A stretch of 36,297 nucleotides of DNA from Yokenella regensburgei (GCF_051486985.1 NZ_JAHVDV010000040.1:2241-38537); one strand, 5' to 3'; numbered from the stretch's first letter, positions 1 through 12,200 are shown. Notes: generated by a model from the sequence alone, not told the origin. Numbers and translations are program-made.

Positions 1-693
<693 letters not shown>

Positions 694-716
694 ACAACGC
701 CGAAGCTGTTTTGGCG

Positions 717-820
717 TGAGGTGGTCCCACCTGACCCCATGCCGAACTCAGAAGTGAAACGCCGTAGCGCCGATGGTAGTGTGGGGTCTCCCCATGCGAG
801 AGTAGGGAACTGCCAGGCAT
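717..820 (+). rRNA. rrf: 5S ribosomal RNA, 5'-truncated copy (about 100 of 120 nt present; first ~20 nt and most of the 23S-5S spacer absent)
   Basis: Positions 721-820 match E. coli 5S from ggtggtcccacctgacc.. through the 3' end ..gggaactgccaggcat. The expected 5' segment tgcctggcggcagtagcgcg is replaced by a 23S-distal spacer fragment (..gctgttttggcg) joined through tgag. Confidence 0.8.
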
Positions 821-835
821 CAAACAAACAGAAAA

Positions 836-863
836 GCCTCATGCGAAAGCATGGGGCTTTTTT
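836..863 (+). terminator. rho-independent terminator of the rrn operon
   Basis: 9-bp stem gcctcatgc/gcatggggc, loop gaaa, followed by tttttt. Confidence 0.8.
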
Positions 864-912
864 GCTATTGTTATATCTCAAAACGTTGAACGTATTGCTA
901 AAGGAATTGGCT

Positions 913-1341
913 ATGACTGTTCTGTACGCTCAGATTTATAAAAACCGAATGGTGGTTCGTAACCTTAATACGCGCCAGCAGGTCACCGGTACCCACATAT
1001 TCAGCAATCAACGCATCATTATTGCCGATTTCTTTGAAGCGGAAGGTTTCCTGGCCCATCTTATTAAGCAGGTTGCACCCCGATCTTTCTGGCATGTGCT
1101 ACCCGGCGCGGGAAACTTGCAGATCCTCAGCCACGCCCTGGAAATGAACGAGGGCGGGCTGTCGGCGGTAGAAGAAAGAGCCTTGCTTGAAATGACCTTC
1201 GGGGCCTCACAGGGGCGGTGTAAATATCCCAAAGTCATCGATGATGAGACGCTTCTGAACGATGAACAGGTCCTGGCGGCGCTCAGTCGGCAGGGTAAAG
1301 ACGCTAATCCCCCCGCCAGTAAGCCTAAAATTATCTCCTGA
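913..1341 (+). CDS. hypothetical protein (142 aa) at the position occupied by yjaA in E. coli
   Basis: ATG at 913 after aagga. The upstream part of the 220-aa track ORF overlaps the 5S gene and is rejected. I do not recognise the protein family. Confidence 0.5.
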   Translation: MTVLYAQIYKNRMVVRNLNTRQQVTGTHIFSNQRIIIADFFEAEGFLAHLIKQVAPRSFWHVLPGAGNLQILSHALEMNEGGLSAVEERALLEMTFGASQGRCKYPKVIDDETLLNDEQVLAALSRQGKDANPPASKPKIIS

Positions 1342-1436
1342 CCACAAATTGCCACGTTGCGACACAGTCGCGACGTGAAACTTCCTCACCTTCCACATGC
1401 AGACTCGACATTTACAGAAATCCTGGGTATCTTTCC

Positions 1437-1468
1437 AGCTGTCTGGATGTCTAAACGTTTAAACGTAT
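1437..1468 (+). promoter_or_regulatory. putative MetJ operator: four tandem 8-bp met boxes upstream of metA
   Basis: agctgtct ggatgtct aaacgttt aaacgtat are consecutive 8-mers resembling the AGACGTCT met-box consensus, 19 bp upstream of the metA ATG. Confidence 0.5.
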
Positions 1469-1486
1469 GCAGTGAGGATATAAGTT

Positions 1487-2416
1487 ATGCCGATTCGGGT
1501 GCAGGACGAGCTACCAGCCGTCAATTTCTTACGTGATGAAAACGTCTTTGTAATGACGACGTCACGTGCAACTGGTCAGGAAATTCGTCCGCTGAAGGTA
1601 CTTATTCTCAATCTGATGCCGAAGAAAATCGAGACGGAGAACCAGTTTTTACGCCTGCTTTCCAACTCTCCCCTGCAGGTTGACGTTAAACTGCTGCGTA
1701 TTGATACACGAGAATCCCGCAATACACCCGTTGAGCATCTGAACAATTTCTACTGCAATTTCGATGAAATCAGCGAAGAGAATTTCGATGGACTGATCGT
1801 TACAGGCGCGCCGCTGGGGCTGGTCGAGTTTAACGATGTGGCCTACTGGCCGCAGATCCAGCAGGTGCTGGAGTGGGCCAAAGATCACGTCACCTCAACG
1901 CTTTTTGTCTGTTGGGCCGTACAGGCGGCGCTCAATATTCTGTATGGTATCCCCAAGCAAACTCGTGAAGGAAAACTCTCCGGCGTTTACGAGCACCGCA
2001 TTCTGCACCCTCATGCGCTGCTGACCCGTGGTTTTGACGATACCTTCCTGGCGCCGCACTCCCGTTACGCCGACTTCCCGGCCGCGTTGATTCGTGACTA
2101 TACCGATCTTGAAATCCTGGCTGAAACAGACGATGGAGACGCTTACCTCTTCGCCAGTAAAGACAAGCGTATCGCCTTTGTTACCGGCCACCCTGAGTAT
2201 GATGCCAACACCCTGGCGGGAGAATATTTCCGCGATGTGGAGGCGGGGCTGTCACCAGAGGTTCCCTATAACTATTTTCCTAAAAACGATCCGCAGAACA
2301 AACCGCATGCTACCTGGCGTAGCCATGGAAACCTGCTGTTTATCAACTGGTTGAACTACTATGTTTACCAGATCACCCCTTACGATCTGCGCCACATGAA
2401 CCCCACTCTGGACTGA
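1487..2416 (+). CDS. metA: homoserine O-succinyltransferase
   Basis: 309 aa, [28 protein letters not shown].., colinear with E. coli MetA. Confidence 0.97.
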   Translation: MPIRVQDELPAVNFLRDENVFVMTTSRATGQEIRPLKVLILNLMPKKIETENQFLRLLSNSPLQVDVKLLRIDTRESRNTPVEHLNNFYCNFDEISEENFDGLIVTGAPLGLVEFNDVAYWPQIQQVLEWAKDHVTSTLFVCWAVQAALNILYGIPKQTREGKLSGVYEHRILHPHALLTRGFDDTFLAPHSRYADFPAALIRDYTDLEILAETDDGDAYLFASKDKRIAFVTGHPEYDANTLAGEYFRDVEAGLSPEVPYNYFPKNDPQNKPHATWRSHGNLLFINWLNYYVYQITPYDLRHMNPTLD

Positions 2417-2455
2417 TCCATTTGCGGGATCGTTAACCGTTTCAGCAGCATTTTA

Positions 2456-2479
2456 AGGCACCTTCGGGTGCCTTTTTTA
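2456..2479 (+). terminator. metA rho-independent terminator
   Basis: aggcacc-ttcg-ggtgcct hairpin followed by tttttt. Confidence 0.8.
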
Positions 2480-2556
2480 TTTCCGAAACCCCCTCCATGA
2501 ACGATACAAACTTTAAATCATTTGTTATCAATACGTTAAATTGATTTTAAATTAAA

Positions 2557-2581
2557 AATGGAAATTGTTTTTGATTTTGGA
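2557..2581 (+). promoter_or_regulatory. IclR operator in the aceBAK promoter
   Basis: aaatggaaattgtttttgattttgg matches the E. coli aceB IclR box (TGGAAAT-N-ATTT half-site type); AT-rich promoter context. Confidence 0.55.
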
Positions 2582-2677
2582 TTTTAATTGAGTAGTCTTA
2601 TTTCTGCTGAACGAAAAAACGACAACCTGTCTCTTTCAGCGTGGGGACGTATTCGGATCACTGACGAGGGCTGCGTA

Positions 2678-4279
2678 ATGACACAACAGGCAACGACAAC
2701 GGACGAACTGACGTTTATTAAACCTTCTGGCGAGCGGGAAGAGCATATTCTTACGCCCGGTGCGGTAGAGTTTTTGACTGAACTGGTTACGCGCTTTACG
2801 CCACAACGTAATAAACTGCTGGCGGCACGCATCCAGCAACAACAGGCTATTGACGAAGGGACGCTTCCTGATTTTATTTCGGAAACGGATTCCATTAGAA
2901 ATAGTGAATGGAAGATCCGTGGGATTCCGGCTGACCTCATGGATCGCCGCGTAGAGATCACCGGGCCGGTAGAGCGCAAGATGGTGATCAACGCGCTCAA
3001 CGCCAATGTGAAGGTCTTCATGGCGGATTTTGAAGATTCCCTCTCACCCGACTGGGACAAAGTTATTGAGGGACAGGTTAACCTGCGCGATGCAGTGAAC
3101 GGCACCATCAGTTACACCAACGATGCCGGGAAAATTTACCAACTTAAGCCCAATCCGGCGGTACTGATTTGCCGTGTGCGCGGTCTGCATCTGCCAGAAA
3201 AACATGTTACCTGGCGGGGTGAAGCCATTCCCGGTAGCCTGTTTGATTTCGCGCTCTACTTCTTCCACAACTATAAAGCGCTCCTGGCTAAAGGCAGCGG
3301 CCCCTATTTCTATCTGCCAAAAACCCAGGCCTGGCAGGAAGCCGCATGGTGGAGTGAGGTTTTCAGCTATAGCGAAGATCGCTTTAATCTGCCTCGCGGC
3401 ACCATCAAAGCCACCCTGTTGATTGAAACGCTGCCTGCGGTTTTCCAGATGGATGAGATCCTGCACGCGTTGCGCGACCATATTGTGGGGCTTAACTGTG
3501 GTCGCTGGGACTATATTTTCAGCTATATCAAGACACTGAAAAACCACCCGGACCGGGTGTTGCCTGACCGTCAGGTCGTTACTATGGACAAACCTTTCCT
3601 CAATGCCTATTCGCGTCTGTTGATCAAAACCTGCCACAAACGCGGCGCGTTTGCGATGGGCGGTATGGCGGCCTTCATTCCGAGTAAAGATACTGAGCGC
3701 AACAATCAGGTGCTGGAGAAAGTTAAAGCGGACAAAGCGCTGGAAGCCAACAATGGGCATGACGGAACCTGGATTGCGCACCCTGGTCTTGCCGACACGG
3801 CGATGGACGTCTTTAGCAAAGCGTTGGGTGAGAATCCTAATCAGCTCTCTGTCACCCGGGAAGAAGATGCACCTATTACCGCAGAACAACTGTTAGCGCC
3901 AGCTGACGGTGAACGAACTGAAAAGGGGATGCGCGCCAATATCCGCGTGGCGGTGCAGTACATCGAAGCCTGGATCTCCGGCAATGGGTGTGTGCCGATC
4001 TATGGTCTGATGGAGGACGCGGCCACGGCTGAAATCTCCCGCACCTCCATCTGGCAGTGGATCCACCACGAGAAAACACTCAGTAACGGTAAGCCTGTGA
4101 CCAAAGCCCTGTTCCGCCAGATGCTTGCTGAAGAGATGCGGGTCATTCAGGACGAGCTGGGGGAGCACCGCTTCAGCAGCGGTCGTTTCAACGATGCCGC
4201 GCGGTTGATGGAACAAATCACCACTTCTGATGAGCTGATTGATTTCCTGACCTTGCCGGGCTACCGCCTGCTCGCATAA
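2678..4279 (+). CDS. aceB: malate synthase A
   Basis: 533 aa starting MTQQATTTDELTFIKP, colinear with E. coli AceB (MTEQATTTDELAF..). The upstream in-frame extension from 2588 is rejected. Confidence 0.97.
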   Translation: MTQQATTTDELTFIKPSGEREEHILTPGAVEFLTELVTRFTPQRNKLLAARIQQQQAIDEGTLPDFISETDSIRNSEWKIRGIPADLMDRRVEITGPVERKMVINALNANVKVFMADFEDSLSPDWDKVIEGQVNLRDAVNGTISYTNDAGKIYQLKPNPAVLICRVRGLHLPEKHVTWRGEAIPGSLFDFALYFFHNYKALLAKGSGPYFYLPKTQAWQEAAWWSEVFSYSEDRFNLPRGTIKATLLIETLPAVFQMDEILHALRDHIVGLNCGRWDYIFSYIKTLKNHPDRVLPDRQVVTMDKPFLNAYSRLLIKTCHKRGAFAMGGMAAFIPSKDTERNNQVLEKVKADKALEANNGHDGTWIAHPGLADTAMDVFSKALGENPNQLSVTREEDAPITAEQLLAPADGERTEKGMRANIRVAVQYIEAWISGNGCVPIYGLMEDAATAEISRTSIWQWIHHEKTLSNGKPVTKALFRQMLAEEMRVIQDELGEHRFSSGRFNDAARLMEQITTSDELIDFLTLPGYRLLA

Positions 4280-4447
4280 CGCCCAGGCTATTTTGTTCGC
4301 CATTTTGACTTCGGGCAGTTCTGAGACAAAACGCAACACGTTTTAAACGCCCTGGGGTGGTCCCGAAGGGATAAGCGGCTTCCCGAAAGCAAACTGCCTT
4401 CACTAATAACGCCTGGGTTGCCAGGATAAAAAATGGAGCATCTGCAC

Positions 4448-5752
4448 ATGAAAACCCGTACCCAACAAATCGAAGAATTACAAAAAGAATGGACTCACTC
4501 TCGCTGGGAAGGCATTACACGTCCTTACAGCGCGGAAGAGGTGGTGAAATTACGTGGCTCGGTGAACCCGGAATATACGCTGGCGCAGCTGGGTGCCGCG
4601 AAAATGTGGCGTTTATTGCATGGCGAATCGAAGAAAGGCTATGTCAACAGTCTGGGCGCGCTGACCGGTGGGCAGGCACTGCAGCAGGCGAAGGCGGGCG
4701 TGGAAGCCATTTATTTGTCCGGCTGGCAGGTGGCCGCAGATGCGAACCTCGCATCCAGCATGTATCCGGATCAATCGCTCTATCCGGCTAACTCCGTGCC
4801 CTCCGTGGTGGATCGGATCAACAACACCTTCCGCCGCGCGGATCAGATCCAGTGGTCATCCGGTATTGAACCCAACGATCCGCGCTACGTGGACTACTTC
4901 CTGCCGATCGTCGCCGATGCGGAAGCCGGATTTGGCGGTGTACTGAATGCCTTCGAGCTGATGAAATCGATGATTGAAGCCGGTGCAGCGGCGGTTCACT
5001 TCGAAGATCAACTCGCCTCGGTGAAAAAATGCGGACATATGGGCGGCAAGGTACTGGTTCCGACGCAGGAAGCAGTGCAGAAACTGGTGGCCGCACGCCT
5101 GGCGGCAGATGTACTGGGGGTGCCAACGCTGGTGATTGCGCGTACCGATGCTGACGCGGCGGATTTGATCACTTCTGATTGCGACCCTTACGACAGCGCA
5201 TTCATTACCGGTGAGCGCACCAGCGAAGGGTTTTACCGTACTCACGCCGGTATCGAACAGGCTATCAGCCGTGGCCTGGCGTATGCGCCTTATGCTGATT
5301 TAGTGTGGTGTGAAACCTCCACACCGGACCTGGCGCTGGCGAAGCGCTTCGCCGATGCGATTCATGCGAAGTTCCCAGGGAAATTGCTGGCCTACAACTG
5401 TTCTCCCTCATTTAACTGGCAGAAAAATCTGGACGATCAAACCATCGCCAGTTTCCAGCAACAGTTGTCAGACATGGGCTACAAGTATCAGTTTATTACG
5501 CTCGCGGGTATTCACAGCATGTGGTTCAACATGTTCGATCTGGCGCGTTCTTATGCGCAGGGCGAAGGAATGCGTCACTACGTCGAAAAAGTGCAGCAAC
5601 CGGAATTTGCCGCCGCCAAAGAGGGTTATACCTTTGTGTCCCATCAGCAGGAGGTGGGGACGGGTTATTTCGATAAGGTCACCACTATCATCCAGGGTGG
5701 CGTTTCGTCGGTGACGGCGCTGACCGGGTCAACGGAAGAGTCGCAGTTTTAA
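4448..5752 (+). CDS. aceA: isocitrate lyase
   Basis: 434 aa starting [16 protein letters not shown], as E. coli AceA. GGAG lies 6 nt upstream of this ATG. The ATG at 4433 is rejected. Confidence 0.97.
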   Translation: MKTRTQQIEELQKEWTHSRWEGITRPYSAEEVVKLRGSVNPEYTLAQLGAAKMWRLLHGESKKGYVNSLGALTGGQALQQAKAGVEAIYLSGWQVAADANLASSMYPDQSLYPANSVPSVVDRINNTFRRADQIQWSSGIEPNDPRYVDYFLPIVADAEAGFGGVLNAFELMKSMIEAGAAAVHFEDQLASVKKCGHMGGKVLVPTQEAVQKLVAARLAADVLGVPTLVIARTDADAADLITSDCDPYDSAFITGERTSEGFYRTHAGIEQAISRGLAYAPYADLVWCETSTPDLALAKRFADAIHAKFPGKLLAYNCSPSFNWQKNLDDQTIASFQQQLSDMGYKYQFITLAGIHSMWFNMFDLARSYAQGEGMRHYVEKVQQPEFAAAKEGYTFVSHQQEVGTGYFDKVTTIIQGGVSSVTALTGSTEESQF

Positions 5753-6276
5753 TTTTCCCCTCACCCTAACCCTCTCCCCATTGGGGAGAGGGAACTGGCC
5801 GTGCTCGCCTTTTTTTGTGGGGATTCCCCAACCCTTAGGGAGAGAGGATGACAGGGTTGGGTGCTCAGGATTCGTGCCGTTTTTTTCTCCCTCTCCCCAT
5901 TGGGGAGCGGGAACTGGCCGTGCTCGCTTTTTTGGTGGGGATTTCCCAATCCGCAGGGAGAGAGGATGACAGGGGTGGGTGGTCAGGATTCGTGCCGTTT
6001 TTTTCTCCCTCTCCCCATTGGGGAGCGGGAACTGGCCGTGCTCGCTTTTTTGGTGGGGATTTCCCAACCCTCAGGGAGAGAGGATGACAGGGGTGGGTGG
6101 TCAGGATTCGTGCCGTTTTTTTTCTCCCTCTCCCCATTGGGGAGAGGGAACTGGCCGTGCTCGCCTTTTTTTGTGGGGATTCCCCAACCCTCAGGGAGAG
6201 AGGATGACAGGGTTGGGGGCTCAGGATTCGTGCCGTTTTTTTCTCCCTCGCCCCTCCGGGGAGAGGGCCGGGGTGA
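5751..6276. repeat. tandem array (about 4.5 copies, period 118-119 bp) of a palindromic hairpin plus U-tract unit filling the aceA-aceK spacer
   Basis: The motif cctctccccattggggag(a/c)gggaa recurs at 5761, 5880, 5998 and 6117. The array is bounded by cccctcaccctaaccctctcccc (5751) and its inverted partner ggggagagggccggggtgagggg (6249-6271). Each unit carries hairpins followed by T7-8 runs. Confidence 0.9.
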
Positions 6277-6285
6277 GGGGACGCT

Positions 6286-8007
6286 ATGTCGCGTGGGCTG
6301 GAACTACTGATTGCACAAACCATTCTGCAGGGCTTCGACGCCCAGTATGGTCGTTTTCTGGAGGTTACCTCCGGGGCGCAGCAGCGCTTTGAACAAGCCG
6401 ACTGGCATGCGGTACAGCAGGCGATGAAACAACGCATCCATCTCTACGATCACCATGTGGGGCTGGTGGTGGAACAACTGCGCTGTATTACTGATAACCC
6501 GCGCCCTGACCCCGATTTTCTCCTTCAGGTTAAAGCGCACTATACCCAGCTTCTTCCGGACTATCCGCGCTATGAAATCGCCGAGAGTTTTTTTAACTCC
6601 GTATATTGCCGCCTGTTCGATCACCATGCGCTGACGCCCGAGCGGCTATTCATATTCAGTTCTCAGCCAGAACGCCATTTTCGTGAGCATGCCCGTCCGC
6701 TGGCAAAAGATTTTTACCCTGAAGCTTGTTGGGAAACGCTGCTGACGCGGGTGCTCAGTGATTTACCATTACGCCTGCCCTGGCAGAACCTGACGCGGGA
6801 CGTGGGCTACATCATTGCCCATCTGGTGGAAACCTTCGGTGTTGAGGTGCTACGCAAGGCGCATCTGCATATCGCCAATGAACTCTTTTATCGTAATAAA
6901 GCGGCCTGGCTGGTAGGCAAACTGGTTACGCCTGCGGGGACGCTGCCTTTTTTGTTGCCGATTCACCGTAGCGATGATGGCGAGCTTTTTGTGGATACCT
7001 GTCTGACGGCCATCGCTGAAGCCAGCATCGTATTTGGCTTCGCCCGCTCCTACTTTATGGTTTATGCACCACAGCCTGCCGCGCTGGTGGAGTGGCTGCG
7101 GGAAATCCTGCCCGGCAAAACTACCGCCGAGTTGTATATGGCAATTGGCTGCCAGAAGCATGGCAAAACCGAAAGCTACCGTGAATATCTGAGCTACCTT
7201 GCGGGCAGTGATGAGCAGTTTATCGAAGCGCCGGGCATACGCGGCATGGTGATGCTGGTGTTCACTCTGCCGGGCTTTGATCGGGTGTTTAAAATCATTA
7301 AGGACCAGTTCCCGCCGCAAAAAGAGATGAGTGCCGCCCATGTACGTGCCTGCTATCAGCTTGTCAAAGAGCACGATCGCGTAGGGCGCATGGCGGACAC
7401 CCAGGAGTTCGAAAACTTCGTGCTGGAGAAACGCCGGATAGCACCAGAATTAATGGCATTGCTATTTAAAGAGGCATCACAAAAGATCACCGACCTCGGC
7501 GATCGCATTGTCATCAGCCATCTTTATATCGAGCGGCGGATGGTGCCGCTCAATCTGTGGTTTGAGCGGGTAAGCGGTCAGCAGCTGCGCGATGCCGTTG
7601 AGGAGTATGGTAACGCGATTCGCCAGCTTGCGGCCGCGAATATTTTTCCCGGCGATATGTTGTTTAAAAACTTCGGCGTCACCCGCCACGGGCGTGTGGT
7701 GTTCTACGACTATGACGAAATTTGCTACATGACCGAGGTGAATTTCCGGGATATTCCTCCGCCGCGCTACCCGGAAGACGAGATGAGTGCGGAACCCTGG
7801 TACAGCGTCGCGCCGGGAGATGTGTTCCCGGAGGAATTTCGCCACTGGCTCTGCGCAGACCCGCAAATCGGACCTTTATTTGAGGAGATGCATGCGGACC
7901 TGCTGCGGGCAGATTACTGGCGCGGGTTACAAACACGTATTAAAAACGGCCACGTGGAGGATGTTTACGCCTACCGCCGGCGCCAGCGGTTTTGTATTAG
8001 AAGGTAA
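6286..8007 (+). CDS. aceK: isocitrate dehydrogenase kinase/phosphatase
   Basis: 573 aa, [47 protein letters not shown].., near-identical to the E. coli AceK N-terminus. Confidence 0.97.
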   Translation: MSRGLELLIAQTILQGFDAQYGRFLEVTSGAQQRFEQADWHAVQQAMKQRIHLYDHHVGLVVEQLRCITDNPRPDPDFLLQVKAHYTQLLPDYPRYEIAESFFNSVYCRLFDHHALTPERLFIFSSQPERHFREHARPLAKDFYPEACWETLLTRVLSDLPLRLPWQNLTRDVGYIIAHLVETFGVEVLRKAHLHIANELFYRNKAAWLVGKLVTPAGTLPFLLPIHRSDDGELFVDTCLTAIAEASIVFGFARSYFMVYAPQPAALVEWLREILPGKTTAELYMAIGCQKHGKTESYREYLSYLAGSDEQFIEAPGIRGMVMLVFTLPGFDRVFKIIKDQFPPQKEMSAAHVRACYQLVKEHDRVGRMADTQEFENFVLEKRRIAPELMALLFKEASQKITDLGDRIVISHLYIERRMVPLNLWFERVSGQQLRDAVEEYGNAIRQLAAANIFPGDMLFKNFGVTRHGRVVFYDYDEICYMTEVNFRDIPPPRYPEDEMSAEPWYSVAPGDVFPEEFRHWLCADPQIGPLFEEMHADLLRADYWRGLQTRIKNGHVEDVYAYRRRQRFCIRR

Positions 8008-8012
8008 AAGCA

Positions 8013-8037
8013 AAACGGCAACATTGTTGCCGTTTTT
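8013..8037 (+). terminator. aceK rho-independent terminator
   Basis: aaacggcaac-att-gttgccgttt followed by tt. Confidence 0.75.
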
Positions 8038-8170
8038 AGGGTTTGTACCTTCTCACTGTAACTGTTTTATTCACATTGCGCTGTGTTATCGCTGTAAAGC
8101 GTAATGTTACTGAGGCCTCCTCTCCCGGTGGGCTGAGGAATCCTCATAAAAAATGCGAGCACAGACGGTT

Positions 8171-8210
8171 CCCTCTCCTCTTAGGGGAGAGGGCCAGGAT
8201 AAGGGCATCA
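8171..8210. repeat. palindromic intergenic repeat (ccctctcctcttaggggagagggccaggataagggc) between convergent aceK and iclR
   Basis: Same motif family as the flanks of the aceA-aceK array and the arrays at 35347 and 35950. Confidence 0.7.
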
Positions 8211-8213
8211 GCC

Positions 8214-9041
8214 TTAGCGCATCCCGCCCCAGGCCAGCGTCACCTCTTTCGCCCCTTTGATCGCCATCGCCCCCAGCTCCGTCACCCGGTCATCCGTGAT
8301 GCGTGAAACCGGACCCGAAATAGAGATTGCCGCGAACGGCACGCCATGTTCATCATAAATACAGGCGGCAACGCAGCGCAGACCCAGTGCATGCTCTTCG
8401 TCATCAAAGGAGTAGCCGCGCTTGCGCGTCTGGGCAAGATCTTCTTTAAGATGTATCGGCGAGACCAGCGTCGCATGGGTATAAGCATGCAGCCCTTTAC
8501 GATGCAGCAAGCCCGTGACCTGCTCCTCGCTTAACTGAGACAGAAAAGCTTTCCCCGCCCCTGAAGCGTGCATCGGCAGCTTGCCGCCAATCGGTGCGGA
8601 CATACGCATAAGCTGGGTGCACTGCACCTGGTCGATAATAATGGCCTGATGATCGCTCTGGTCGAGTACCGCCAGGTTGACCGTTTCGCCGGAGTTCTCC
8701 ATCAGGGTGCGCAAAATCGGATGCACAATCGCCATCAGATTGCGGCTTTGCAGGAAGCTGCTGCCGACGATAAAGGCATGCGCCCCTACGGACCAGTGGC
8801 CCAGTTCGCCCACCTGACGCACAAACCCCAGTTGTTGCATGGTGGTCAGTAAGCGGTGGGTGGTGGAGTTGGGCAAGCCAGCCTGCTGTGCCAGTTCGGT
8901 TAACGCCACGCTGCCGTGGGATTCAGCAATGGACTCCAGCAGCTTAAGCCCGCGCGTTAACGACTGGACCTGACCTGTGGGTTGCGTGGCAGCGGCAGTA
9001 GCGGGTTTTCTGCCGCGTTTAGCGGGTACATTGGCAACCAT
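8214..9041 (-). CDS. iclR: glyoxylate-bypass transcriptional repressor IclR
   Basis: 275 aa, MVANVPAKRGRKPATAAATQPTGQVQSLTRGLKLLE.., colinear with E. coli IclR. Confidence 0.97.
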   Translation of the reverse strand: MVANVPAKRGRKPATAAATQPTGQVQSLTRGLKLLESIAESHGSVALTELAQQAGLPNSTTHRLLTTMQQLGFVRQVGELGHWSVGAHAFIVGSSFLQSRNLMAIVHPILRTLMENSGETVNLAVLDQSDHQAIIIDQVQCTQLMRMSAPIGGKLPMHASGAGKAFLSQLSEEQVTGLLHRKGLHAYTHATLVSPIHLKEDLAQTRKRGYSFDDEEHALGLRCVAACIYDEHGVPFAAISISGPVSRITDDRVTELGAMAIKGAKEVTLAWGGMR

Positions 9042-9063
9042 AGCTGACTCCTTTTCTGTATCG

Positions 9064-9078
9064 TGGAAATCATTTTCG
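9064..9078. promoter_or_regulatory. putative IclR autoregulatory operator in the iclR promoter
   Basis: tggaaatcattttcg resembles the TGGAAATnATTTCCA IclR box and lies about 25 bp upstream of the iclR start. Confidence 0.4.
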
Positions 9079-9234
9079 TTTTATAGAATTATAACGCAAC
9101 CCCATCAACTACTGATCGGATGAGTTCAGGTGAACATCTCTCATGTTACCCCTGTGCGACTTTTCCGATCTGCCAGTTTATGCCAGTATGTCCTGCTGGC
9201 CTTTTGGCCTGGTTGAGCGTCGTCGGGAGCACGT

Positions 9235-12200
9235 GTGAGCAGCAAAGTTGAACAACTGAAGCAGCAGTTAAACGAACGCATTCTGATTCTGGATGGGGGC
9301 ATGGGCACCATGATCCAGAATCAACGTCTGAGTGAGCAGGATTTTCGCGGCGAACGTTTCGCCAACTGGCCCTGCGATCTCAAAGGTAACAATGACCTGC
9401 TGGTCATTACCCAGCCCGAGGTGATTGCGACTATCCACTCCGCCTATTTTGCTGCGGGTGCGGATATTATCGAAACCAACACCTTTAACTCGACGACTAT
9501 CGCGATGGCGGATTACCAGATGGAATCCCTGTCAGCGGAAATCAACTTTGCCGCGGCGAAGCTGGCACGCGCCTGCGCTGATGAATGGACAGCCCGCACG
9601 CCGGAAAAACCGCGCTACGTGGCCGGGGTTCTCGGGCCAACCAACCGTACTGCCTCTATCTCACCGGACGTTAACGACCCGGCGTTTCGTAATATCACCT
9701 TTGACGGGCTGGTAGAGGCGTATCGCGAGTCCACCAAAGCGCTGGTGGAAGGGGGCTGCGACCTCATCCTGATTGAGACGGTGTTCGATACCCTCAACGC
9801 CAAGGCCGCCATTTTTGCGGTAAAAGAAGAATTTGACGCGCTGGGCGTCGACCTGCCGATCATGATTTCCGGCACCATTACCGACGCCTCCGGGCGCACG
9901 CTCTCAGGGCAGACGACGGAAGCCTTTTATAACTCCCTGCGCCACGCCGATGCGCTCACTTTCGGCCTCAACTGTGCGCTGGGGCCGGACGAACTGCGCC
10001 AGTATGTGCAGGAACTCTCCCGCATCGCCGAATGCTACGTGACCGCGCACCCGAACGCCGGCCTGCCCAACGCCTTTGGTGAGTACGATCTTGATGCGGA
10101 CACCATGGCGGCGCAAATCCGCGAGTGGGCCGAAGCGGGCTTCCTTAACATCGTGGGTGGCTGTTGCGGCACCACGCCGGAGCACATCAAGGCGATGAGC
10201 GATGCTGTGGCAGGCCTGGCGCCGCGTAAGTTGCCGGATCTGCCGGTGGCCTGCCGCCTGGCCGGTCTGGAACCGCTGAACATTGGCGACGACAGCCTGT
10301 TTGTGAACGTGGGGGAACGTACCAACGTTACCGGTTCAGCCAAATTTAAACGTCTTATTAAAGAAGAGAAGTACAACGACGCGCTGGATGTCGCCCGCCA
10401 GCAGGTGGAAAGCGGTGCGCAGATTATCGATATCAACATGGATGAAGGGATGCTCGACGCGGAAGCGGCAATGGTGCGTTTCCTTAATCTCATCGCCGGT
10501 GAGCCGGATATTGCCCGCGTGCCCATCATGATTGACTCCTCCAAATGGGAGGTCATCGAAAAGGGGCTGAAATGCATCCAGGGCAAGGGCATCGTCAACT
10601 CTATCTCAATGAAAGAGGGTGTCGACACCTTTATCCATCACGCGAAGCTGGTGCGCCGTTATGGTGCCGCGATGGTGGTGATGGCCTTTGACGAAGTGGG
10701 GCAGGCGGATACCCGAGAGCGCAAAATCGAGATTTGCCGCCGGGCGTACAACATCCTGACCGAAGAGGTGGGCTTCCCGCCGGAAGATATTATTTTTGAC
10801 CCGAACATCTTCGCGGTCGCGACCGGTATCGAGGAGCACAATAACTACGCCCAGGATTTCATCGGTGCCTGTGAAGACATTAAGCGTGAACTGCCGCATG
10901 CGCTGATCTCCGGTGGCGTATCGAACGTCTCGTTCTCGTTCCGTGGTAATGACCCGGTGCGTGAAGCAATCCACGCTGTCTTCCTCTATTACGCCATCCG
11001 GAACGGGATGGATATGGGGATTGTGAACGCCGGGCAGTTGGCGATTTACGACGACCTGCCCGCCGAGCTACGCGAAGCGGTTGAAGATGTGATCCTCAAC
11101 CGCCGCGATGACGGCACCGAGCGTCTACTCGATCTGGCGGAAAAATACCGCGGCAGTAAAACCGATGAAACCGCTAACACCCAGCAGGCGGAATGGCGTA
11201 GTTGGGATGTGAAAAAGCGTCTTGAGTACTCGCTGGTCAAAGGCATCACTGAATTCATTGAGCTGGACACCGAAGAGGCTCGTCAGCAGGCTGCGCGCCC
11301 GATTGAGGTGATTGAAGGCCCGCTGATGGATGGCATGAATGTGGTGGGCGATCTCTTCGGTGAGGGCAAAATGTTCCTGCCACAGGTGGTAAAATCGGCC
11401 CGCGTCATGAAACAGGCGGTGGCCTGGCTGGAGCCCTTTATCGAAGCCAGCAAAGAGAAAGGCTCCAGCAACGGAAAAATGGTCATCGCCACGGTGAAAG
11501 GCGACGTGCATGACATCGGCAAAAATATCGTTGGCGTCGTTTTGCAGTGTAATAACTACGAAATCGTCGACCTTGGCGTGATGGTGCCGACAGAAAAAAT
11601 CCTCAAAACCGCCCGCGAAGTGAATGCCGACCTGATTGGCCTCTCCGGGCTGATTACCCCGTCGCTGGATGAGATGGTGAACGTCGCCAAAGAGATGGAG
11701 CGTCAGGGCTTTACCCTGCCGCTGCTGATTGGCGGGGCGACGACCTCGAAAGCGCACACGGCGGTGAAAATCGAGCAGAACTATAGCGGCCCGACGGTTT
11801 ACGTACAGAACGCCTCGCGGACCGTGGGTGTGGTGGCGGCGCTGTTATCGGAGACTCAACGTGATGACTTTGTGGCCCGCACCCGCAAAGAGTACGAAAC
11901 CGTGCGTATTCAGCATGCACGCAAGAAACCGCGTACCCCACCGGTAACGCTGGCCGCTGCGCGCGAAAACGATCTGGCGTTTGACTGGGCAAGCTACACG
12001 CCGCCGGTTGCGCACAAGCTGGGCGTGCAGGACGTGGAAGCCAGCATCGAAACGCTGCGCAACTACATCGACTGGACGCCGTTCTTTATGACCTGGTCGC
12101 TGGCCGGAAAATATCCGCGCATTCTCGAAGATGACGTGGTGGGGGAAGAGGCGAAACGCCTGTTCCAGGACGCCAACGATATGCTGGATATGCTCAGCCG

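Noticed and set aside
2588-2677. N-terminal extension of aceB (track ORF start 2588)
   Set aside because: Homology with AceB begins at MTQQATTTDEL (2678). The extension overlaps the IclR operator and promoter.
4433-4447. aceA start at the MEHLH ATG
   Set aside because: AceA homologues begin MKTRTQQ. GGAG is correctly spaced for the ATG at 4448.
5729-6437. Multiple long overlapping ORFs on both strands (112-190 aa) across the aceA-aceK spacer
   Set aside because: They lie entirely within the tandem repeat array. The proteins are low-complexity repeats of the translated unit (..FPLPNGERE.., ..SPSPHWGAGTGRARFFGGDFP..). They are artefacts of repeat periodicity in a GC-rich hairpin array.
9100-9200. 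MetR box upstream of metH
   Set aside because: tgaacatctctca only partly fits TGAA-N5-TTCA. The match is too weak to call without a position weight matrix.
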